Assembly: GCF_020880415.1 (NCBI RefSeq)
Contig: NZ_JAJIUJ010000020.1
Span: 53,352 to 77,351, forward strand
Direction of reading: 5' to 3'
Source: Xanthomonas euvesicatoria pv. euvesicatoria
GTDB lineage: Bacteria > Pseudomonadota > Gammaproteobacteria > Xanthomonadales > Xanthomonadaceae
Length of the DNA: 24,000 nt
This document shows, one piece after another, positions 1 through 9,067 of this stretch. Position 1 is the stretch's first letter. Each line of letters opens with the position of its first letter. The notes beneath the pieces were generated by a model that was given only the letters and a program-made list of their open reading frames with translations, made no database searches and was not told the DNA's origin. Made by a program: the position numbers and the translations under genes.

Positions 1-456
1 GTGCGCCGCGGGGCGAACGAGGACGCCGAAGACCTGGTCCAGGAAACCTATCTGCGCCTGCTGCGTGCGCATCAGCAGCCGGGCCAGGCCATCGCCAACC
101 CGGAAGCGTATCTGTACACGGTGGCGGTCAATCTGGCGCGCGAGCAGGCGGTGCGGCGCAAGCAGGCGCCGCTGCGTATCGAGGACATGGAACGGTTCGC
201 GCAACGGCTGGTGGCCGGTGACGATGTCGAAGACAGCGCCCAGCGGCAACAGCGCCAGCAACGCCTGCAGACCGTGCTGGCGGGACTGCCCGAACGCGTG
301 CGCGCGGTGCTGGTGATGCAGTACCGCGATGGCCTGAGCTACAAGCAGATCGCCGAACGCCTGGGTGTGTCTTCGCACATGGTCAAGAAATACGTGGTGC
401 GTGGCCTGTCGGCCTGTCGACAGGCCTTGGCCGACGAGGGAGCGCAATGGTGGTGA
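1..456 (+). CDS. ECF-type (FecI-like) sigma-70 family factor, N-terminus cut by the window edge
   Basis: The frame is open from base 1, so the leading M in the ORF track is only a GTG at the edge. Region-2-like EDLVQETYLRLL and a C-terminal region-4 HTH (LSYKQIAERLGVSSHMVKKYVVRG) are present. The stop TGA 454-456 overlaps the ATG at 447 of a FecR-like gene. Confidence 0.85.
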   Translation: MRRGANEDAEDLVQETYLRLLRAHQQPGQAIANPEAYLYTVAVNLAREQAVRRKQAPLRIEDMERFAQRLVAGDDVEDSAQRQQRQQRLQTVLAGLPERVRAVLVMQYRDGLSYKQIAERLGVSSHMVKKYVVRGLSACRQALADEGAQWW

Positions 457-1523
457 GCGTCGCGTCGCTGGCGGCGCGCCGCCTGACCGAGGAAGCGGCG
501 CACTGGCATGCGCTGCAACGCATGCAGCCGCTGGATGCAGACCAGCAGGCGCGCTTCATGGATTGGCTGACCGCCTCGCCGGCGCATGTGCGCGAATACC
601 TGGCAGTGACGCAGGTGGCCGGTGCGCTCGGTGAGGCGTTGGATGCGATGGCGCTGGATGTCGACACGCTGCTGCAGGCCGACCGCCAACACGACACCGG
701 GACGGCGCGCAACGTGATCGCACTGCCGTTGCCGCCACGGCGCACCGTTGCTGCAAGGGGAACCGCTCGCTCGCAGTCGGCGGCACGCCGGCCGCACTGG
801 CATGTCGGTCTGGCCGCCATGCTCGGTCTGCTGACGGTGCTCGGCAGCTGGGCCTGGCCGCGCACCTCGACCTATGCGACGGCGCATGGCGAACAACGCC
901 GCGTGCAACTGGCCGACCGCAGCGTGGTGTTCCTCAATGCGGACACGCGCATCCAGGCCACCATGACGCCGTGGTCGCGCCGCCTGCAGTTGCTGCAGGG
1001 CCAGGCCAGCTTCGCTGTCGCAGCGGACCGGCGCCCGCTGCAGGTCCGGGCGCTGGACCTGCGCGTGGAAGACATCGGCACCGCGTTCGACATTGCGCTG
1101 CATGGGCAGCAGGCACGCATCGACGTGTCTGCCGGTCGCGTGCATGTCTGGCGTGCCGACCGCCCGGCGCAGCCGATGCTGGCCAATCTTGGCGCAGGAC
1201 AAAGCGCGCGCATCGACGAGGCCGGCCAGGTCGCATTGAGCAATGAAGATGTCGCCACCATGCATGCATGGCAGCAGCAGCGCATCGTGTTTCGCGACGA
1301 GCCGTTGCGCAACGTGGCCGAAGACTTCAATCGCCTCAATCGCATCCAGCTGCACATCGACGATGCGCGCGCCGGCGCAATGCGCCTGACCGGCAATCTG
1401 CGTAGCGACGACCTCGCCGGCCTGCGCGCGTTTCTCGCACAGCAGCCCGGCCTGCGGCTCGAACAACACGCCGATGCGCTGCACATCGTCGGCGGTGCAC
1501 CACCGGCGACCACCAACTGGTAG
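447..1523 (+). CDS. FecR-family transmembrane anti-sigma factor / signal transducer
   Basis: ATG 447 is coupled to the sigma stop (ATGGTGGTGA). It has an N-terminal anti-sigma segment (AAHWHALQ...QQARFMDWLTASPAHVREYL), a single hydrophobic span (HVGLAAMLGLLTVLGSWAW) and a FecR-like periplasmic region (LADRSVVFLNADTRI, GQASFAV, VEDIGTAFDI). Confidence 0.85.
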   Translation: MVVSVASLAARRLTEEAAHWHALQRMQPLDADQQARFMDWLTASPAHVREYLAVTQVAGALGEALDAMALDVDTLLQADRQHDTGTARNVIALPLPPRRTVAARGTARSQSAARRPHWHVGLAAMLGLLTVLGSWAWPRTSTYATAHGEQRRVQLADRSVVFLNADTRIQATMTPWSRRLQLLQGQASFAVAADRRPLQVRALDLRVEDIGTAFDIALHGQQARIDVSAGRVHVWRADRPAQPMLANLGAGQSARIDEAGQVALSNEDVATMHAWQQQRIVFRDEPLRNVAEDFNRLNRIQLHIDDARAGAMRLTGNLRSDDLAGLRAFLAQQPGLRLEQHADALHIVGGAPPATTNW

Positions 1524-1981
1524 CGCACACGGCCGACGCGACCGACCCGCTGGCGCTAACGTGCGCGCAGAAATCGCACGGCAGGCACCACGGCATTGCC
1601 CGACGTGTGCTTGCCATTGGCCGGCACGCCGCGGTGTCGCACGGCCATGCCTGTTTGCATCGGGTATTGGCGCCGACGCATCTGCGCAGCGAATGGCTGG
1701 CATCCGGATCGGCGTATTCGATCTAGGCGCACGCGTTGCGCCGCATGGTGCCGCGTAACGCAACGATCGATGCGATCGGCGATCGGAGGGGCAACGTGCT
1801 TTCCCGTACACCACCGGCCTGCGCGCAGCCACGGCACGCGCACGCCATCGCCCTTGCACGTGTCACAGAAAATTCATCGAAAAACGGTGCCCGACTCGGC
1901 TCGTCGCACCTCGTAGAGGGGTAGTCGCCGCAGCGATCCGCGTGGATCGGTGCGACGCCCCTCTCCCTCTGCCTGGAAGTA

Positions 1982-4873
1982 ATGATGCGCTGCTGCCTGT
2001 TCCTGTCCGTTGCCCTCGCCCTGCATGCCGGCGCTGCCGGCGCCCAGACGCCACCCGTCGCAGTCGACGCCATTCCCGCACAACCGCTAGCGCGCGCGCT
2101 CAATACGCTGTCGCGCCAGACCGGCCTGCAGTTCGTCTATGCGGCCAGCGTTGGCGCCGAGCAGCAGAGTCGCGGCACCAGTGCCGGCGCCGCGCCAGAG
2201 CAGGCCTTGCAGCAACTGCTGCAAGGCACCGGATTGCGCTATCGCTACCTGACGCCGACCACGGTGACCATCGAGCCGGCCGAGACGTTGAGCGATGCGC
2301 CGGCGGCAACGCCATCTGCCGCAGCCACCACCGCCACCCCGGCCGCCGCCGGCGCACCGGTGCGCGAACTGGACAGCATCCAGGTGCTGGGCAGCTATGC
2401 CGGCAGCCTCAGTGCCGCGCTGCGCGAGAAGCGCTATGCCGACAGCGTGGTGGACGTGATCGCCGCCGAAGACATCGGCAAGCTGCCGGCGCAGAACGTG
2501 GCCGAAGCCCTGCAGCGCGTGCCAGGCGTGTCGATCGTGCGCGACCGCGGCGAAGGCGTGTACGTGCGCGTGCGCGGCCTGGGCCCCAACTTCCAGGTGA
2601 CCACGCTCAACGGCCAGACCATGGCGGTCAACGAGAACGTGCGCACCTCCGGCCAGACCGGCCGCCAGTTTCGCTATGACACCTTGCCGGCGGAACTGGT
2701 CTCCGGCCTGGACGTGATCAAGAGCCCCACCGCCGATCTGGACGAAGGCGCCATCGGCGGCATCGTCAATGTGCGCACCTTCCGCCCGCTGGAATTGGGC
2801 AAGACCTTGCTCAACACCTCGCTGGAATCCAGCCAGGCGCAACGCACGCATGCCAACGACCCGCGCGTGTCCGGCCTGTTCAACTGGGTCAATGCCGAGG
2901 GCACCTTCGGCATGCTGGTGTCCGGTGCGTATGCCCAGCGCAGCCTGCGCCAGGACCGCGTCAACGAAGTGAGCTGGGATTACTACCCCAACGGCGTGCC
3001 GGGTGCGCCGGGTGCGTCCTACCTGCCCACCGGCCTGCGCCCGACGCTGGAACTGGAACAGCGCGAGCGCACCGGCGTGGCCGCCTCGCTGCAATGGCGC
3101 CCCAGCGCCGCCTGGGAAACCAATCTGGACCTGCTGTATGCCAAGCAGACGGTGCACTACGACGAATACAGCCTGGGCGTGGGCTTCGACGGCGTTGCCA
3201 AGATGAGCAACCTGCAAGTGGACCATGGCGGCGTGACCGGCTTCGACTATCGCAATGGCCAGGTGCAGGTCTCGCGCGAAACCTCCGGCATCACCGACGA
3301 CAACCGCAGCGCGCGCCTGTCCAGCACCTGGAACGGCGATCTGTGGACGCTCGGTGCGGTGGCCTTCCATTCGCAGGCACACAGCTACGACTCCGACCCG
3401 ATCCGCCGCACGCGCCTGCGCAGCGCCAGCAACCTGTCGATGCGCGTGGAGATGCCGCAGGCCGACGACGACAACGTACCGAACTGGAGCTTCACCAATG
3501 GCTTTGATCCGACCAACCCGGCCAGCGTCAGCGGGCGCCGGCTTGAATGGCGGCAGATCGATGCGCGCGACAAGGAAGACGCACTGCAGCTGGACGCCAA
3601 GCGCACGCTCGGCGATGGCTGGCTGCGCGACATCAAGTTCGGCGCCAAGTATCGCGAGCGCTCGCGCACTTACGACCGTGCCGACCTGCTGCTCAACCGC
3701 ATCGCCGGCGTGCGCTTTCCGGGCAGCTATTTCACCGCGCTGCCGGTGAGCGACATGCTGGTCGACGGCAAGGGCCAGCTGCCACGGCAATGGCTGGCGC
3801 CGATCGAGGCGCCGTTCTGGGGCGACTGGCCCACCGCCGCCGACCTCAGCGGCACGCCCAATAGTGCCGACCTGCAGAATTCCTACGAGGTGCGCGAGAA
3901 GATCGGCTCGGCGTATGCGATGACCGACTTCGGCGGCGCGCTGGCCGGGCGCGATCTGCGCGGCAATCTCGGCGTGCGCTTGGTGCATACCGAGCAAACC
4001 ACCGACGGCCATGCCGATCTCGACGGCGCCGCCCAGCCGGTACATTTCGAGCGCAGCTATACCAATGCGTTGCCCTCGTTCAACGCCGCCTGGGACGTGC
4101 GCGAGGACATGGTGCTGCGGACCTCCGCAGCCAAGGTGATCACCCGCCCTGATCTCACCGACCTGTCGTCCAAGCTCACCTTCAACTCCAGTGGCGAAGT
4201 ACTGACCGCCAGCGGCGGCAACCCGGCGCTACGGCCGTTCGAGGCCTGGCAGTACGACCTGACCTTCGAGTGGTACATCGACGGCACCTCGGCGCTGACC
4301 GGTGGCGTGTTCTACAAGGACATCTCCAGCTTCATCCAGACCCAGCTGTCCTACCTGGACTACCAGGGCCAGACCTATCTGCTCTCGTCCAAGACCAACG
4401 GCAGCCAGGCCAGCGTCAAGGGCGTGGAGCTGGCCTACCAGCAGGTGTTCACCGGCCTGCCGGCGCCGCTGGACGGCCTGGGCATGCAGCTCAACTACAC
4501 CTTCACCGACAGCCAGGCGACCTACCGCGACGGCACACGCCGCTTCACCGACAGCCTGGAAGGCGTGGCCAGGAACACCTACAACGCCGTGCTGTTCTAC
4601 GAGAAGGGCCCGCTGATGGCGCGCGCCAGCTACAGCTGGAGCGACAACATCGTCAACGCGGTGGGCACGGCCAATGTCGCCACGCTCAACAGCGATGCCT
4701 TCGGCAGTCTGGACGCGAACGTGGCCTGGAAGGTCAACGACACCCTGTCGGTGTTCGTCAACGCCATCAACCTCACCGGCCAGGTGCAGCGGCAATACGT
4801 CGGCGATCACCTGTTCGGCGGCTACACCGATTACGGCCGGACCTGGTCGCTGGGTCTGCGCGCGCGGTTCTAA
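1982..4873 (+). CDS. TonB-dependent receptor of the transducer class (N-terminal signalling extension)
   Basis: 963-aa ORF with signal peptide MMRCCLFLSVALALHAGAAGAQ and an STN-like extension (ARALNTLSRQTGLQFVYAA...LQGTGLRYRY). An Ala/Thr/Pro linker is followed by plug motifs (DSIQVLGS, AAEDIGKLPAQNVAEALQRVPGVSIVRDRGEG, VRVRGLG). The barrel ends in a terminal aromatic residue (...TWSLGLRARF). Confidence 0.9.
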   Translation: MMRCCLFLSVALALHAGAAGAQTPPVAVDAIPAQPLARALNTLSRQTGLQFVYAASVGAEQQSRGTSAGAAPEQALQQLLQGTGLRYRYLTPTTVTIEPAETLSDAPAATPSAAATTATPAAAGAPVRELDSIQVLGSYAGSLSAALREKRYADSVVDVIAAEDIGKLPAQNVAEALQRVPGVSIVRDRGEGVYVRVRGLGPNFQVTTLNGQTMAVNENVRTSGQTGRQFRYDTLPAELVSGLDVIKSPTADLDEGAIGGIVNVRTFRPLELGKTLLNTSLESSQAQRTHANDPRVSGLFNWVNAEGTFGMLVSGAYAQRSLRQDRVNEVSWDYYPNGVPGAPGASYLPTGLRPTLELEQRERTGVAASLQWRPSAAWETNLDLLYAKQTVHYDEYSLGVGFDGVAKMSNLQVDHGGVTGFDYRNGQVQVSRETSGITDDNRSARLSSTWNGDLWTLGAVAFHSQAHSYDSDPIRRTRLRSASNLSMRVEMPQADDDNVPNWSFTNGFDPTNPASVSGRRLEWRQIDARDKEDALQLDAKRTLGDGWLRDIKFGAKYRERSRTYDRADLLLNRIAGVRFPGSYFTALPVSDMLVDGKGQLPRQWLAPIEAPFWGDWPTAADLSGTPNSADLQNSYEVREKIGSAYAMTDFGGALAGRDLRGNLGVRLVHTEQTTDGHADLDGAAQPVHFERSYTNALPSFNAAWDVREDMVLRTSAAKVITRPDLTDLSSKLTFNSSGEVLTASGGNPALRPFEAWQYDLTFEWYIDGTSALTGGVFYKDISSFIQTQLSYLDYQGQTYLLSSKTNGSQASVKGVELAYQQVFTGLPAPLDGLGMQLNYTFTDSQATYRDGTRRFTDSLEGVARNTYNAVLFYEKGPLMARASYSWSDNIVNAVGTANVATLNSDAFGSLDANVAWKVNDTLSVFVNAINLTGQVQRQYVGDHLFGGYTDYGRTWSLGLRARF

Positions 4874-4976
4874 GCGCGCCTGCATGCTTCGCTGGCGGTC
4901 GTCGCCCTCGCGCGCGGCCGTCACTGTGCTGCGCCGTTCTTTTCGCCCCACCGTTTCATTCGCACTGGATTTTCCG

Positions 4977-6278
4977 ATGCTTCTGCGTTTCTGCCGCCGC
5001 GCCACCGCCCTGCTCGGGTTCGCGCTCGTACCGCTCTGCCCTGCCCACGCCACCGACGCGGCGCCCGACACGCTGGAAAAGGTGGTGATCCTCAAACGCC
5101 ATGGCGTGCGTGCGGCGATGTCCAGCCCCGAACAGCTGGGCCGCTATTCGCTGCATCCATGGCCACATTTTGCCGTGCCGGCTGGTCATCTCACCGCCAA
5201 CGGCGCGCAGCTGGAGCGCCTGTTCGGCGACTACTACCGCGCCCGCTACACCGCGCTTGGTCTGTTGAACGGTGATGGCTGCAGCCAGGCTTATTACTGG
5301 GCAAACCGCACCCAACGCACCATTGCCTCGGCGCAAGCGTTGGCCAGCACGCTGACGCCTGGTTGTGCCAACCCGGTGCACGGCGTGCCGGCTGGCAGCT
5401 CCGATGTGTTGTTCGATGGCACCGCTGCGCTGCGTCGACCCGAAGCGCGTGCGCGCATGCAGGCCGCCATCGCCGGCCGCATCGGCGGCGATGCGCAGGC
5501 CTGGAACGCCGCCCAGGCCGATGCGATCGCCACGCTCGAACACCTGCTGCTGCAATGCGCGCAACGGCCATGTCCCGCCCAGGCCGCGCCTGGCAAGCTG
5601 CGCCTGACCACGGTACCGGCCGGGCTGGACGATGCCGGCCCGTCGATTCCCGGTATCGATGGACCTGCCGCAGCCGCCTCAGGCATCACCGAAAGCCTGC
5701 TGATGGGCTGGGCCGATGGACAGGACTTCGCTGCACTCGGTTGGCAAGGCCTGGACGAAGCAACGCTGCTGCGCGTGTTCGCCCCGCATCAGGCCGAATT
5801 CGCGCTGCGTCTGCGTGCGCCGACCGTCGCGCGTCTGGCCAGCACGCCATTGGCCGCACGCTTGCTGGCAACCCTGCAGCAAGGTAGCGATGCAGCCTCC
5901 TCTGCCGACGCCATCGGCGGCGCTGCGCGCCTGGTGGTGGTGTCCGGCCACGACGGCACCCTGACCCTGCTGGCCGGCATGCTCGATCTGCACTGGCAGT
6001 TGCCCGGCTACCAACCGGACCAGACCGTTCCCGGTGGCGCGCTCGTGTTCGAGCGCTGGCGGCGTGCCGACGGTGAGCGCGTCCTCCGCCTGCGCTACAC
6101 CGCGCAGAGCCTGACGCAGCTGCGCGAACGCGTGCCATTGACGCTGCAGGCACCGCCGCCGAGCGCGGCCATCTTCATTCCCGGCTGCAGCACCGCCACG
6201 CCGGCGTACGACTGCCCACTGCCGCAGTTCGCCCGCATCGTCCAGGCCGCACTCGACCCGCTCGCCATGGACCACTGA
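4977..6278 (+). CDS. Secreted histidine acid phosphatase, AppA/phytase-like
   Basis: The start is taken at ATG 4977, in frame with the 4674 ORF; the longer version overlaps the receptor gene. This gives signal peptide MLLRFCRRATALLGFALVPLCPAHA. The catalytic RHGVR motif (VVILKRHGVRAAMS) and the C-terminal HD motif (VVSGHDGTLT) are present. By recollection it is collinear with E. coli AppA and of similar length (433 aa). Confidence 0.85.
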   Translation: MLLRFCRRATALLGFALVPLCPAHATDAAPDTLEKVVILKRHGVRAAMSSPEQLGRYSLHPWPHFAVPAGHLTANGAQLERLFGDYYRARYTALGLLNGDGCSQAYYWANRTQRTIASAQALASTLTPGCANPVHGVPAGSSDVLFDGTAALRRPEARARMQAAIAGRIGGDAQAWNAAQADAIATLEHLLLQCAQRPCPAQAAPGKLRLTTVPAGLDDAGPSIPGIDGPAAAASGITESLLMGWADGQDFAALGWQGLDEATLLRVFAPHQAEFALRLRAPTVARLASTPLAARLLATLQQGSDAASSADAIGGAARLVVVSGHDGTLTLLAGMLDLHWQLPGYQPDQTVPGGALVFERWRRADGERVLRLRYTAQSLTQLRERVPLTLQAPPPSAAIFIPGCSTATPAYDCPLPQFARIVQAALDPLAMDH

Positions 6279-6287
6279 TCCCCCTCC

Positions 6288-6317
6288 ACGCGACGCGCTG
6301 GGCCCAACGCGTCGCGT
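6288..6317 (+). other. GC-rich hairpin between the two phosphoesterase genes (possible attenuator or terminator without a U-tract)
   Basis: A perfect 10-bp inverted repeat, ACGCGACGCG (6288-6297) with CGCGTCGCGT (6308-6317), and a 10-nt loop. It lies 10 nt after the phosphatase stop, and no T-run follows. Confidence 0.3.
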
Positions 6318-6350
6318 CCATCCGCTGTTCCCCAACCGCACGAGGTCATC

Positions 6351-7655
6351 ATGCTTCAGCATCTGCGTTCTCTGCTCAGCGTCGGAATCGGTCTAACCCT
6401 GGCCTGCGCCGGTGTCGCCCACGCCCAATCCAGCGTCGGCGTCCTCGACGTGCTCACCTACAACGTCGCTGGCCTGCCGGAAGGCATCTCCAGCGGCAAT
6501 CCCGCGACCAATACGCCGCTGTTGGCACCGAAACTGGCGCCGTATGCGCTGGTCCACGTGCAGGAAGACTTCAACTACCACGCGGCGCTCTACGCCGGCG
6601 ACAACCATCCCTACCGCACGCCCACCAGTGGCGGCGCCGCCATCGGCGATGGCCTCAACACGCTGAGCAACTATCCCTTCAACGACTTCACCCGGGTCAC
6701 ATGGGACAAGTGCAACGGCACCGACTGCCTCACGCCGAAGGGCTTCAGCTACATGCAGCTGCGGCTGGACAACGGCGTGCTGCTGGACGTCTACAACGCC
6801 CATCCAAATGCCGGTACCGAAACTGCCGACCTGGCCGCCCGCCGCGCCAACATCAGCCAGTTGTCGCAATTCATCGGCACCTGGTCGGCCGGCAACGCGG
6901 TGTTGGTGATGATGGACTCCAACACCCGCTACACCCGCAGCGACGACAACATCCGCGAACTGATCGCCAGCAACAACCTGATCGATCCGTGGGTGGAACT
7001 GATCAAGGGCACCGCCCCGGCCGCCGGCGCCGCGCCGCTGCTGTGCGGCACGCCGCCGACCAACACCTGCGAGGTGGTGGACAAGATCCTGTACCGCGCC
7101 GCGCCGCAGCTGACCCTGGCCGCCAATCGCTACCAGCTCGACCCAGGCGGCTTCTACGACAGCGCCGGCAAGCCGCTGTCGGATCACTATCCGCTGTACA
7201 CGCAGTTCGGCTGGGCGGTGGGCACCGACGTGCGCACCAGCGACAGCTTCGGCGGACCGCATGGCGTACCGTTCAACGACGTGGCCGGCGGCGCGCACCA
7301 GCGCCAGCTGCGCAGTGTCACCCTGCGCGGTGCCGAACGCCTGGATGCAGTGGCCGCCAGCCTGGACAACGGCGCCACGCTCGCCCACGGCGGCAGCGGC
7401 GGCACCGCCACCACCCTGGCCCTGCGCAGCGGCGAAACGCTGACCGCGGCCACCGTCACGCTCGGCCAGTACAACGGCCGCACCCGGCTGTTCTCGCTCA
7501 GCCTGACCACCAACCAGGGCCGCAGCATCGCCGCCGGCACCCCGACCAGCGAGCGCTACACCCTCACTGCTCCCACCGGCTGGCATATCGCCGGCTTCAC
7601 CGGCCGCGCCGGCGATGCCATCGACAAGCTGGGTGTGATCTACCGGAAGGATTGA
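6351..7655 (+). CDS. Secreted endonuclease/exonuclease/phosphatase (EEP) family enzyme with a C-terminal jacalin-like lectin domain
   Basis: Signal peptide MLQHLRSLLSVGIGLTLACAGVAHAQ. The N-terminal EEP-type pattern is VLTYNVAGLP...VHVQEDFNYH...GDGLNTLSNYP...VYNAHPNAG...VMMDSNTRY...SDHYPL. The C-terminal ~130 aa (about nt 7248-7652) shows jacalin-like repeats: GGPHGVPFND, HGGSGGTATTLAL, FSLSLTTNQGRS, IAGFTGRAGDAIDKLGVIY. Confidence 0.8.
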   Translation: MLQHLRSLLSVGIGLTLACAGVAHAQSSVGVLDVLTYNVAGLPEGISSGNPATNTPLLAPKLAPYALVHVQEDFNYHAALYAGDNHPYRTPTSGGAAIGDGLNTLSNYPFNDFTRVTWDKCNGTDCLTPKGFSYMQLRLDNGVLLDVYNAHPNAGTETADLAARRANISQLSQFIGTWSAGNAVLVMMDSNTRYTRSDDNIRELIASNNLIDPWVELIKGTAPAAGAAPLLCGTPPTNTCEVVDKILYRAAPQLTLAANRYQLDPGGFYDSAGKPLSDHYPLYTQFGWAVGTDVRTSDSFGGPHGVPFNDVAGGAHQRQLRSVTLRGAERLDAVAASLDNGATLAHGGSGGTATTLALRSGETLTAATVTLGQYNGRTRLFSLSLTTNQGRSIAAGTPTSERYTLTAPTGWHIAGFTGRAGDAIDKLGVIYRKD

Positions 7656-7680
7656 GCGAACGGTTCTACCACTGCAACGG

Positions 7681-7709
7681 AGCGGCGTCGGTCTGGCGCC
7701 GCTTTTCTT
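7681..7709 (+). terminator. Rho-independent terminator after the EEP-jacalin gene
   Basis: A 9-bp stem AGCGGCGTC (7681-7689) pairs with GGCGCCGCT (7695-7703), with one G-U pair and a 5-nt loop. It is followed by TTTCTT and lies 25 nt after the stop codon. Confidence 0.6.
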
Positions 7710-8228
7710 GTCTGCGGCAATCATGACGAGGCTTCGGCCAGCATCCTCGCAGCGCGCGATGGCGTACTTCTGCAACGTTCCGCAATTGCCTAGCACCCAA
7801 AGTCCCGTACTCCATGCGTGCACGGGCTTTCAACTTCGCGCGGTTCCGGGGCCACATCCAAGATCAAACAGCACCGCAGATGCCGGCGCTTTCGGGACAG
7901 ATCCGCGCTGACGCTCGGCAGTAGTTGCGCGGCAAGGTAACGGGTTTCAGCCGGTTGCGAAGATCGAGAATGGTGGTTCTGTCTGCAGCGGACTCCAGGT
8001 CATCACGCTAGACAAGACGCTCTAGTGCGATCAGCCGCAGCATTGCGGCGATGGACGATCGGGAACGGCATGACTGCGTATTGGCAAGAATCCAACGATG
8101 AACTCGATTGTCCATCCTTCGCGGGCTGAAGTGGCGATACTGATGTGAGTACCAGCGCGCGCGGCTGCAAGCGCCCACTTTCTTGCGCATCACCTTGATC
8201 AACCACGAGCGACGCTCCGTGCGACGCC

Positions 8229-8252
8229 GCGCGCAAGGGTTTCCCTGCGCGC
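8229..8252 (-). terminator. GC-rich hairpin after the last gene of the minus-strand accessory block (candidate terminator)
   Basis: GCGCGCAAGGG-TTT-CCCTGCGCGC forms 10 bp with one bulged A and starts 20 nt downstream of the stop at 8273. There is no clear U-tract. Confidence 0.35.
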
Positions 8253-8272
8253 AGCATGGCAGGCCATCGCGC

Positions 8273-9007
8273 TCAACGCTTTGCCGCCTCGCAGAGCTTG
8301 CGATTGAACCAGGTGGACCTGGCAATGGGGAGGTACGCATCCCAGTCGCTTGGCGGTAGCATCGTGCTGTCCTTGTCCATCTCCGCCTGGAACGAGGCCT
8401 CGTCGCGGCTGCGACCGGCCATGGTCTGATCAAGCGCCTTCAGGCACTCCTGCGGACGGTTCAGGCGCAGCAGGGTGAGCGCGCGGTCGTTGGCGAAGCG
8501 GTCGCGATCGAGCCAGTTGAAAAACTCGCCGCACTCGCCCGCGAACGCCTGCATGCCGGCGAGTGCTTCGGCATAGCGCTTGCCGCGATAGTCGCGCAGG
8601 TACGCCTCACGTCGTCGGCTGCTGGCCGCGGAGGTGCAGCCGGCAGGCAACTTCAGATAGTCGCCTTCGAAGCTGGCGCGCATGCCGCAGTAGTCGCGGC
8701 AACTGTCTTGCGTCAGTGCGGCGATGCTGAAGCCACCGGCCACCGGCTTGAACGCGAGCTTGCAAGGCGTGTCGCTGGCATCGCGCACTTCCGCCTTGTC
8801 GCCTTGCAGCGTGCCCTCCAGCGAACAGGTGTGGCCGTTGGCGCCCACGGCGAGAATCTCGAAGTGGCGCGCTCCACCCTTTTCGCTGACCTGCAGGCTG
8901 CCCCAACCTTGCTTGGTGCCGTATTCGCCGGGCGTCGGGCCGGCCGCCATCGCGCCGAACGCCGCCAGCCACACCAGCATCCCGCTCCATCCATATCGTC
9001 GTGCCAT
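8273..9007 (-). CDS. Secreted Cys-rich hypothetical protein (no family recognised)
   Basis: The start is taken at ATG 9007, giving signal peptide MARRYGWSGMLVWLAAFGAMAAG; the ORF-track start at 9067 would add a non-signal leader. The protein is 244 aa with 8 Cys, and GC3-rich codon usage matches the host genes. Confidence 0.6.
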   Translation of the reverse strand: MARRYGWSGMLVWLAAFGAMAAGPTPGEYGTKQGWGSLQVSEKGGARHFEILAVGANGHTCSLEGTLQGDKAEVRDASDTPCKLAFKPVAGGFSIAALTQDSCRDYCGMRASFEGDYLKLPAGCTSAASSRRREAYLRDYRGKRYAEALAGMQAFAGECGEFFNWLDRDRFANDRALTLLRLNRPQECLKALDQTMAGRSRDEASFQAEMDKDSTMLPPSDWDAYLPIARSTWFNRKLCEAAKR

Positions 9008-9067
9008 TGCTTCGTCCCGTGTTCGGTTAAGCGACAAGTGTGCGGCATCGCGGCTACGCCAGACCAC

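Noticed and set aside
1524-1981. Several small ORFs (62-126 aa, both strands) in the fecR-receptor spacer.
   Set aside because: They have no RBS, are compositionally biased and mutually overlap. The region is better explained as the regulatory spacer carrying the ECF-dependent promoter.
2087-4045. A 652-aa minus-strand ORF inside the TonB-dependent receptor gene. Similar long antisense ORFs occur at 339-1859 (-), 6393-7823 (-), 20028-21290 (+), 21502-22932 (+) and 14937-15665 (+).
   Set aside because: These are typical shadow ORFs of high-GC DNA. Their translations are Arg/Ala/Gly/Pro-rich low-complexity strings with no motifs. Each fully overlaps a gene on the other strand that has clear family signatures.
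4674-4976. The upstream extension of the phosphatase ORF (track start 4674), which overlaps the receptor gene by 200 nt.
   Set aside because: The extension has no signal peptide and overlaps the receptor's C-terminal barrel. ATG 4977 gives a canonical signal peptide directly followed by the RHGVR catalytic motif.
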